64,000 nucleotides of DNA from Podarcis bocagei (taxonomy: Eukaryota), in assembly GCA_964188305.1 (NCBI GenBank), contig OZ076886.1; one strand, 5' to 3'. The translations under genes were made by a program, and so were the position numbers. Position 1 is the first letter of the stretch. Each line of letters starts with the position of its first letter. The notes beneath the pieces were generated by a model. It saw only the letters and a program-made list of their open reading frames with translations. It did not search any database and had not been told where the DNA came from. Shown piece after piece: positions 41,501 through 51,443 of the stretch.

Positions 41501-41943
41501 CTTTTTCCCTTCTAAGAAGTAAGGGGAAATGTATGTGTGTGTTATAGAGCAAATGCAGGCTGCGCAGCTATCCCAGAAGCCAGAACAGCAAGAGGGATTG
41601 CTGCTTTCACTGCGCTGCAATCCCTCTTGCTGTTCTGGCTTCTGAGATTCAGAATACTTTTTTTGTTTTCCTCCTCCAAAAAAATTCAGGTCTACACAGC
41701 GCCCTCTGCATGATGAAGGGGATCCTGTCCATGGGCACTAATGGAGAAATGCACCTATTAAGGGAAGGCACAAACCCGCCACTCATCAGGCCCCTGTGAC
41801 GATCCTATTTTTGCTCCCGACAGGAACCACGTCCCCATTTATTCGGTCAGATGTTTGCCCGGTTGCAGCTGATGAGAGCAGTGAGAGCAGTGTTCTGCAG
41901 TGCCCTGGCCACCCTCCACTTGCCTCCTCTGAGCCAGATCTGA
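31581..41943 (+). CDS. DALRD3: DALR anticodon-binding domain-containing protein 3, 13 coding exons, 545 aa
   Basis: Exons 31581-31769, 32897-33195, 33909-34177, 35464-35522, 35617-35739, 36021-36091, 36521-36579, 37145-37227, 38045-38168, 39139-39197, 40181-40294, 40416-40484, 41824-41943. All introns are GT-AG and phase-consistent (1638 nt). Motifs [73 protein letters not shown] match DALRD3. Confidence 0.96.
32075..32235. other. Assembly gap (161 N)
   Basis: Run of N, flanked on both sides by the same L2 3'-end sequence. Confidence 1.
32236..32585 (-). mobile_element. L2 LINE 3' fragment
   Basis: Reverse-complement match to 19420-19760. Confidence 0.85.
33428..33653. mobile_element. Tc1/mariner MITE, copy 4 (DALRD3 intron 2)
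   Basis: Same TIRs and TA TSD. Confidence 0.9.
34998..35340. mobile_element. Tigger-like MITE, second family
   Basis: TIRs CAGTGGTGCCTCGCAAGA / TCTTGCGGGGCACCACTG with TA TSD. Confidence 0.85.
39509..39846. mobile_element. Probable hAT-type MITE (DALRD3 intron 10)
   Basis: CAGAGCCGGCCC...GGGGCGCCCCTG termini; degenerate TSD aaaatatg / aaaacgtt. Confidence 0.55.
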
Positions 41944-43001
41944 GCAAGCCTGCAGGGGTCACTACAGGCAACCTGCCCCAGCCCTCCCATTGGCCAGCTC
42001 TGTTGCGAGGAGCGATGGACAGCGCAGTCACATGATCAAGAATGGGGAGAGTGCGTGCGGTACGGTTGCTGTTGGACAATCACCCATCACAGCTCAGCCT
42101 GCCCCGGATACATGCAATATTTTGGACTTGAAACAAAGCGACCTGATCGCGATGCTGGAGAGGAGAGAGGGCACAGACTTCGCCTACATTCCGGATGGTG
42201 GGGGGGGGGGGGCTGCTGAAATTCTTTGTGGAGCCAAAGTTGCAACATTCCAGTTAGGAACATATAGGCTAAAAACGCCCCCCCCCCCGGGGGGAGCACA
42301 CAGGTTAAGCACTGTAAGCATTGCTTTTATCCTTCCCATTTTGCTCACAGTGGATCAAAGGCACAACAAAAGCTGGCATATGAGCAATCCAAAAGAAAGC
42401 ACAGATGATGGATGCAAATGGTGGTTCACTGGTTGTTTTTATTCTGTTCTGAGCTGACTGACACCCCATCTAGGCCATGTCCTACCCACATACAGAAAAT
42501 CTTTGGCACCTGTATCAGAAAAGAAAGTTTGTAAACAAAGTTGCATAGCCTCAGACAAACACAGATGTCTGCCTGCCGTTTGGGCAGAAGGCAAAGTTGT
42601 TGCTTAGAGCAGGGGGCGTTTGTTGTCCATGGCAGTTGCAGAGACTTGCTCTGTGCATACCAGGGTGGGCAGAGGCTCGTGTCTGCAGCATCAGCTTGCG
42701 GCTTAGGACAAGGATACGGGAGGGAAAGAGGACTCCGATGTTGCCAGCGTTGACAAACTGTCCAGCGTCTCCTGTCAGCAGCTTCATTGTGGAGCAGAGA
42801 GGCAAGCTGATTGAATGGGGGCTGTGCGTATCTTATTTCTGTGGGCCCCACAGAAATAATAATATAACCAGGAGGCCGCTTTCTCCAAGGCTCTAGGCTG
42901 AATTTAGCGTACCTTCCCGTGAGAGGCCCATTCCACCCGTTGCACCTGGTGGCCGTCCCTCTTGTTTCGCACCCAGCGCCCCAGAGATAGGCCAGGGCTC
43001 G

Positions 43002-45451
43002 CTACTGCAGCTGCTTCATCAGGAGGCGGATGAGCTGCTGTCGCTGCAGCCAGTACTGGGGGCCCTGATGCGGAGGCAGCTCAAAGAAGGAGAAGGTGAA
43101 ATTGCGGCTGAAGTTGAGGTTGGTGATGCTGGGCACGGGCGGCAGCTTCACCCCCTGCCACTTGCTCCGGAAGTGCCTGGGCGAGCCTCTGCTCCGGCTT
43201 GCCTTCTGCTTCGCCTTGCCTTGGAGCAGCAGGGTCCTCGGCCGCTGCTCCCCTTCGGCAGCCGGCGCCTTCTCTCCCAGGTGGTCTTGGAAGAAGCTGC
43301 AGGAGCTGGGAGTTCCTGCTGCCGAGAAAGGGACACTGTGCAAGAAGGACACCACAGGCTTGAAAAGGGCATGGAAGGAGGTCTCGGACTGAGAGGGCCC
43401 AGTCCAGGGCGCCATGTCGGGCGTGCCCAAAGGGGCTGCTTTGGCATGGGGGAGGCCTGGCAGCTTCTGGCCTGGTTTCTCTGAGGCAAGAGAAATGGGA
43501 GCAGAGCAGGTGTTAGTGAGGAACGAGGCAGGAGACTCAAGTACTTGGCTCAAGTGTTGCACTGGGCTGGGTGCACAGGGGATTCCTGAGGCAGGGCGAT
43601 GTGGGAAGGGATCTGGCTGATACAAGGATCTGTGCCCCTTTCCTCTGAGGAACACAGGTGCTCCCTGCTCCCTCTGTTCTGGCTTGCATTCCCCGCAAAG
43701 CCCTGATAGGATCTCTGCGCCCTCCACAGAGGCCAGGGACCCAATGGAAGCCCCAACATTAAGCAGCCCTAGAACCTGCTGCATTCCCCTCACAGCAGCC
43801 CAGCCTCCTTCCAGCTACCAGCAAGAGAGCATTAGCCCAGCGCCAGGCTCTCTGCAATCCTGCCAGTGGCAGGTGGGGCAGTGTCAGACACCAGAGCCTC
43901 ACCAAAGACCTTGCCTCCTTTGGGAATCTGGGGAAGAGCCATCCTGTTTTGCCTTGGGATTAAGGGAGTCTTGGGAGCAGTTTTATTCTGGTGCTTGTTT
44001 GCAGCTCCTACCTGGACGTGGGGGGGAAAGAGATATAGGAGGTTAAGTTTTGTAGCCCAATAAAGCAAACAGCAATCTGTGAGAGACGGGTTGTGACTCT
44101 TGGGGTATAACACCTGCACATACTAGAAGAAGAGTTTGGATTTGATATCCCGCTTTATCACTACCCGAAGGAGTCTCCAAGCGGCTCACATTCTCCTTTC
44201 CCTTCCTCCCCCACAACAAACACTCTGTGAGGTGAGTGGGGCTGAGAGGCTTCAGAGAAGTGTGACTGGCCCAAGGTCACCCAGCAGCTGCATGTGGAGG
44301 AGCGGGGAAGCGAACCCGGTTCACCAAATTACGAGTCTACCGCTCTTAACCACTACACCACACTGGCTCTCTATTCAATATGCAGCTATTGTGAGTCTTG
44401 GGCAGGTGTAAACGGGACTATGTGGACCTCAAACTCTCTCTTATTAGTGGGCAACTGTTTTGATGTACAGCAGTGGAGTTTTGTACTGCTGGTCAAAAGT
44501 CTTAGGAGAACACCACGAGCAGAAAGCATGCATTGCCCTGCTGCAGGGAGGAATAATCCACAATCCTGATCATTCTATCTATTCCAGCAACTCTGTAATG
44601 GGACTTCAGTAAAGCTGGAGCATCTCCTACAGCCCTGCAAGTACATCCCAGCCTCAGCTAACACACCCCTTGTTCAGCCTTGTCGATCTTTTCTTCAGCC
44701 CTGAAACCAGTAAACCAGCATGGAGGGAAGTTGCCACCAGGCAGCTTCCTTCTCCAGCACGGGCTCTGTACCAGGGCTAGCCCCAGGACCGTGTGAATTT
44801 CAAAGCCCTAAGGGGATCCCTCGTGTATCCTAATTGCCTAATGACAAGTGTAGCCAAAGTTGCTGGAGTGCAGCGCCCGTCACCTCTGACCATTAAGTCT
44901 GGCTGCCTGGGAGTTGTAAGGCCAACAACACCTGGAAGGCACTGTCTTACTATAAAGGAGGAGTGAACATTTGGCAAGCGGTGGCCTGGAGCCAGGTATC
45001 CACCAGCAAACAGCTGTGCTGTGAAGGCAGGAATATTCATGGATGCTGGTCCTCTTCATCAATGCCACCCTGAATTCTGACCTGCCTGAGTTTAATTCCC
45101 CACCACTGCTGCAGAGTTACATATCTATCTATCCCTGGGCAATGCACCGGTATCTCCACCCTGCCCCACCAATAGGGCTTTCCCTACCTTCTCCAGCCAG
45201 CCTGTGCACTTCCCTCTGGCAGGATCTTCTCTGGTCCTTGCATGGCCCTGGCACCTCCTGAAGCCGGGGGTCACACTCATCCTCATGGCACAGCCAGGGT
45301 GGGTGGTGACACTCGCTGTGGGCAGGGCTGAACCTCGCTGAGCCACCGAAGGGAGCAGGCCTGTTGCTTCCAGGGGTGCCATCTCCTGTGGCTGCTCTGA
45401 GCCAGCCCCTCTCTGCCTGGATTTGGGGACAAAGTGCGGCTGGAACGGCAT
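43002..45451 (-). CDS. Candidate uncharacterised gene between DALRD3 and WDR6; possible 392-aa model, exons 45451-45188, 44011-43910, 43814-43002
   Basis: 813-nt stop-free terminal frame ending GVKLPPVPSITNLNFSRNFTFSFFELPPHQGPQYWLQRQQLIRLLMKQLQ*. Donor AAG|GTAGGG at 45188, strong acceptor at 44011, acceptor with CTAAT branch at 43814, all phase 0. AATAAA at 42443-42438. The second donor (AAG|GTCTTT) is weak. Confidence 0.5.
44125..44370 (-). mobile_element. tRNA-derived squamate SINE (L2-tail type)
   Basis: Head GAGCCAGTGTGGTGTAGTGGTTAAGAGC with B box, and (CTT)n tail. Related copies at about 49344-49470, 34632-34830 and 12446-12570. Confidence 0.8.
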
Positions 45452-46359
45452 TTTTCAGTGGACCGAACTGTAGCATCCCAGGTTTGTTTGTGGCAATGAC
45501 AAGGAAGCAAGGTGGTCCACACAGCGCCTGGAGAGCTTGCTACTCGGCGTCCTTCTGGTACCTACACCACTGGGTGAATCCCACTATCAGTGCAGCTTGG
45601 GACGGCATCGCCCTGTTTTGCAGCAAGCTCAGCTGTTCATCCAGGAGCCAAATAGATGGAAGGCCATTGGGGATCGCCAGTGCGTGACAGCAGCGCCCAC
45701 GTGCTGAACTTGCAGACAAAGGGGCCTTGGTGTGACCTCCCCGTTGCTGCAATCTGGACCATGAAATATGCATGGCGCTGCTGGGGGGGCCAGAAACCCC
45801 AGCCACTCCAGGGCTCAACCGCTGAATTATTGAGCGCAGGACAGGAGCAGCATACTCTGCGCAACCGAGCAAATCCCTCTGAACAGCTGCCACAAGCTGC
45901 AGCAGCCGAAAAGTGAAAAGTCCTGACTCGGAAGAGGAATCTTGATTGGTGGAAATAGAAATTGTGTTAGGGGGGTCAGAGAAAACTCAAAAGCATTTCC
46001 TATTGTAATTGGGACGGACGGACAGAAAGCTAACCATTTCCCTGCAAGTCTGTACCTCCAGGATATTCTCATTCCATCCCAATTCCTGCACCAAACATGG
46101 ATCATATGATTGAACTTCCCACCCCAATTCTACTCCATGTGTTTTGCGTTTTTATCTTGCGTTTTTATGTTGTGAAGCACCCTGAGATCTACGGATGAAG
46201 GGCAGTACGTAGACAACTCTATTTTATTATATATATTTTTTTAAAAAACCACCATCTCTCACCTGGGTAGACATTCTGTGAACATCCCCACTCCTCCACG
46301 ATCCTTTTCTACCAGTGATACAGTCTAAATGGACATTGGATTCTTATCTCATTATACAT

Positions 46360-46630
46360 GACTAAGCCATTTTTCACCTTCTCACCCCTTGCCTTTTCCT
46401 GTAAGACCTATTGCAGTCGTTAAGAGTCGTCAACAGGCTCATCTAAGCTATCTGCCAATCTCCCATTCCCACCACCCTTCTGAGTAATACCCCTCCCCAC
46501 TTTCTCACTATATAGAAGGATCTGGCAACTTCTGTTTCAGTGTATCTGAAGAAGCGTGCATGCACACGAAAGCTCATACCAAGAACTAACTTAGTTGGTC
46601 TTTAAGGTGCTACTGGAAGGAATTTTTTAT
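46360..46630 (+). mobile_element. Penelope-like element pseudo-LTR fragment
   Basis: ...TCTGAAGAAG(C)GTGCATGCACACGAAAGCTCATACC...TTAGTTGGTCTTTAAGGTGCTACTGG, typical of reptile Penelope termini. Confidence 0.7.
46542..46579 (+). ncRNA. Minimal type I hammerhead ribozyme motif
   Basis: GTAT-CTGAAGA-A-helix II (GCGTG CATG CACAC)-GAAA-GC-TC|ATAC. Helix I is GTAT/ATAC; helix III is the palindrome AGCT. Confidence 0.65.
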
Positions 46631-47560
46631 TTAGTCTAAATGGATGTCATTCAGCAGATGCACACAGGAATGTCGCTGCCCATTGAACTGACTAGCCCCT
46701 GACACTCCAGTGAGTTTGTAGCAATTCTGAGCCTGTAGGCAGTGGGACAAGAAACCCTCCTCTGCAATGGGAGGATGGGTCTTTAAGTTCTGTGGGCCCA
46801 GGGCACTGCAAGCACCAGGTGATCAGCTCTTTCTCCAAATCCATGTAAATGGGATTCATCTGTCCATCCTGCAGGCTGGGATTAGGTCTCCTTAAGGAGT
46901 AGGATCACAGCTCAGAGGCAGAGAACGTTCTTTGCACAGAGAAGGTTCGATCCCCGGTATCGCCAGTTAAAATGATCAAATAGGCGGCGCAAGGGGAAAG
47001 ACCCTGGAGAAACCCTGGGGCAGTTGGACAAAGAAGTCTGTCCTGGTATAAAGTAGCTTCCTACGTTTCTCCGCGGTAATCAGAAGAGGAGGCTGAAATC
47101 CAGGACATATATTTGGAAGGAAAAGGCATTTTAAGCCATTTAACCAGCGGAGGCAGAGGGACTGGCACTGAGTGGGCTTGATTTATTACTGCATTTCTCA
47201 TCACAGGCCCTCTGTCAAAATAGGTTGGCGAAGCCCCGGTATGACTGCCCACAAGTCACAAGGCAAAGAAAAGCAGGCAAGCTGTATCGTATCAGGGACA
47301 GTATCTGCGTGGTTATGGCGGAAGCAGTTTCTCCCTGAAGAGAGGGGCAAAGTATTTTTATTTATTTATTGTTATTCCCGTTTTCTGCTGTATTTTCTGC
47401 TGTTTTCTGTTGCATCATTTAAGCGTTTTAAATTTGTTGTTAGCTGCCCTGAGCCTGAACTGGGAAGGGCGGGGTATAAATAAAAAATAATTATGATTAT
47501 TATTTATTATATTTCTTACGGCCCTTGCTGCTTTCGCATGACAGCCCTCTGTGCCCTGGT

Positions 47561-47952
47561 TGGTGTTGGTGCTGACCTTTAAAGCCCCAAACGGCCTCGG
47601 CCCAGTATATCTGAAGGAGCATCTCCACCCCCATCGTTCAGCCCGGACACTGAGGTCCAGTGCTGAGGGCCTTCTGGTGGTTCCCTCATTGCGAGAAGTG
47701 AGGTTACAGGGAACCAGACAGAGGGCCTTCTTGGTAGTGGTGCCCACCGTGTGGAACACCCTCCCTTCACATGTGAAGGAAATAAGCAGCTATCCTATTT
47801 TTAAAAGACATCTGAAGGCAGCCCTGTTCGGGGAAGTTTTTAATATTTAATGCTGTACTGTTTTTAACATTTGATTGGGAGCCGCCCAGAGTGGCTGGGG
47901 AAACTTAGCCAGATGGGCGGGGTATAAATAATAAATTACTATTATTATTATT
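47561..47952 (+). mobile_element. L2 LINE 3' fragment directly behind the WDR6 stop codon
   Basis: Matches 19415-19800 (VLTFKA.NGLGPVYLKEHL) with an (ATT)n tail. Confidence 0.88.
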
Positions 47953-48010
47953 GGTCGCTCAAACTCTTCTGCACCCCAACAGAATAAGGCACTGCACAGC
48001 CCACACTCCT

Positions 48011-51000
48011 TCATACACCATTTTCTGTTTCTGCACCTGGCAAATCTAGGCTGCAGCGGAGGATCTCCAGCCCCTGCCCGCAGATCACGCTGCGGCAGTC
48101 ACGGGCCCCAGCCTCCCAACACTCCAGGCCAGCCACATCGGCCACATGGCAGAATTTGCTGCTGATGAAAGACAGGCTGTCCTCGCGAAGGTGCCAGAGC
48201 GTCATCCGCTGGTCCACCGAAACAGAGAGGAGGAAGTCCGGCTGCAGGAGCCTCACCCCCGTCACGTGAGCTGCGTGGGCACAGAGCCTCGAAGAGTTTC
48301 TGAGAAGGCGGATGCTGGGCCCAGCGATGGCTTCCTGGTCGGTGTCGCTTCCAGCATCCACCTCAACAGCGCTGAGAGAGATGGAGCCGTCATCGCTGCC
48401 ACTGGCCACCAGGAAATGCCCGTCAGCTGCTTGTTGGACGTGGAGGCTGTTCACTCCACAGCTGTGAGCCCGGATGGTCAGGACTGGGGTACCCAGGTCT
48501 GGAAAACACACACAGGCAAAGGAAGCGTACAAGGCTGGGAGGAAGCGCAAAGGGTGGTATACACTTGAAAAATAAGGTATACCTAGGAGGGTCACAAACA
48601 GGGTGGGCAGGTACAGAGGACTCCCTGGTTCTGAACTGTGCCCCTGAAGGACCAGGTGAGTAGCCTGGGAGTCATTTTGGACTCACAGCTGTCCATGGAG
48701 GCACAGGTCAACTCTGTGTCTTGGGCGGCTGTCTAGCTGCTCCATCTGTTACGTCGGCTGAAACCCTATCTGCCTGCAGACTGTCTCACCAGAGTGGTGC
48801 ATGCTCTGGTTATCTCCCGCTTGAATTACTGTAATGTGCTCTACATGGGGCTATCTTTGAAGGTGACCCAGAAATGACAACTAATCCAGAATGCGGGTGC
48901 TGGGACCATATAACACCAGTCCTAAAAGATCTAAATTGGCTCCCAGTACACATTTCTGAGCACAATTCAAAGTGCTGGTGTTGACCTTTAAATCCCTAAA
49001 TGGCCTCAGCCCAGTATACCTGAAGGAGCGTCTCCACCCCCATCGTTCAGCCAGGACACTGAGGTCCAGCACCGAGGGCCTTCTGGTGGTTCCCTCATTG
49101 TGTAAAGTGGAATGCTCTCCCGGCAGATGTCAAAGTGTTAAGCAAATATATAAATTTAAACATCTGAAGGCAGCCCTGGTTCGGGAAGGCTTTAAGATTT
49201 GAATTGTATTTATTTTTGCTTTATTCATTCTTTCATTGGGAGCTGCATCCCCATAGTGGCTGGGCAACCCAATCACATGGGCTGAGTATAGGAAATAGAA
49301 TCATGGTATCACAGAGATGGAAGGGACCACAAGGATCATCTAGAGGGCCAGTGTGGTGTAGTGGTTAAGAGCTGTAGACTTGTAATCTGGTGAACCGGAT
49401 TCGCTTCCCCGCTCCTTAGGGTGGTGATAAAGCGGGATATCAAATCCAAACTCCTCTTCTTCTTCTTCTTCTAGTCCTACCCCCTGCAATGCAGAAATCT
49501 TCGGCCCAACATGGGGCTCAAACCCACAGCCCTGAGATTGAGTCTCATGCTCTACCCCAGGCTTCCTCAACCTCGGCCCTCCAGATGTTTTTGGCCTACA
49601 ACTCCCATGATCCCTAGCTGGCAGGACCAGTGGTCAGGGATTATGGAAACTGTAGTCTCAAAACATCTGGAGGGCCGAGGTTGAGGAAGCCTGCTCTACC
49701 CACTGAGCTGTCCCGGTTATACAATAAAAAACAACAACTTTAAGGGTGCACGAACAGGGCAGTCAACACAACCACCTACCCAGAAGCTTCATTTCTGTGC
49801 CTTCCGCCTTCAAGGCCTCTGCAGCACACTTAAGGGTAGGGGCGAGATCCCAGAATGCAATGCTCCCGTCGGTGGCAGCGCTGCTCAACAAGTGCCTTCT
49901 ATAAAAGAAAGATGAATGGGTAAAATTAGCTTTCTAGGGCCTGATGTGTCAGCAGTAGTAAACTCAGGGGAGGTGCATCTCAAGAACACTGGGGGTGGGG
50001 TGTAGCCACTCCATTCTCACCTTTCTCCATCTGCTGTCTTACATGCCAACGCCTGGACCTTCAGGACGCAGTGCTGATGGTGAAAGGATTCTGCCACAAG
50101 CTGCAGCTTCTGGGCATGCTCAAGCAGCAGGAAGAGGCTATGCAAACATGAGAGCAGTGAAGTCAGTCCAAGGAAAAGAGTCTCCGACTTTAAAGAGGGG
50201 GAAAGGGCCACATCCTTTGTACCAAGCGCTACAGTTTTCTTTCTGTTCATGTTCCCTTCTCTAGTTTGGGGAAAGTGCTGCTCCAGGAAACATAAAAAGG
50301 TAAAGGGACCCCTGACCATTAGGTCCAGTCGTGGCCGACTCTGGGGTTGCGGCGCTCATCTCGCTTTATTGGCCGAGGGAGCCGGCGTACAGCTTCCGGG
50401 TCATGTGGCCAGCATCACTAAGCCACTTCTGGCGAACCAGAGCAGCGCACGGAAACGCCGTTTACCTCCCCGCTGGAGTGGTACCTATTTATCTACTTGC
50501 ACTTTGACGTGCTTTCAAACTGCTAGGTTGACAGGAGCAGGGACTAAGCAACGGGAGCTCACCCCATCGCAGGGATTCAAACTGCCGACCTTCTGATCGG
50601 CAAGTCCTAGGCTCTGTGGTTTAACCCACAGACCCACCCGCATTCCTACCCCAGCAATGCAGGCCCCTAAAAGAGAGAGCCCAACCATCTTCCTTACCGG
50701 ACAGAGCCATCACTGCAAGCAGCGGCTAGGAAGAGCAAGGGACCAGGAAGCTCTGGGTACTCCACACCAGCCAGGACCTCAATAGACATATACCTGGAAC
50801 ACAGAAGTTATCAGTTACCTTCTCTGGGACACACTATCCATACCCAGAGCAGTGAAAAAGTAACACACACACACACACACAAGCTGGAAAATGGCATGTG
50901 TTGCCTACTATGGACTCGGCGCCCAAAGTCCTCCCTATTCTCTCTGTACTAATGTATTCTTAAGCACGAGTACAGCAGAATAGGGAAGGGGGGGAATTCT

Positions 51001-51362
51001 GAGACTGGAAAATTAAGCAAACAGACCTTTATAATTTTTTGCTGCTATTATTCACATTGTTTTATCCTAGTGGTTTTGTTTTTAATCTCCTGCTGCTACA
51101 ATATCATTAGACCCGGTTGTGTATTTTAGATTATTTATTTGATTTCTCACCCGCCTGTCATCATCTGATTTTGTGCTTTTTAATAATACTGAGATCTGTG
51201 GATGAAGGGCAGTATACAAATTCGATAAATAAAATAAATTCCATAAATAAAATAATAAAATAAAATAAACAAGATCTCAGGGTGGGTTACAGCCATTTAA
51301 AAATACGTTAAAATAAGTTTGAAACAAATTACAGCCAAAATAATAGGGTAGGGTCCAGTCCA

Positions 51363-51443
<81 letters not shown>

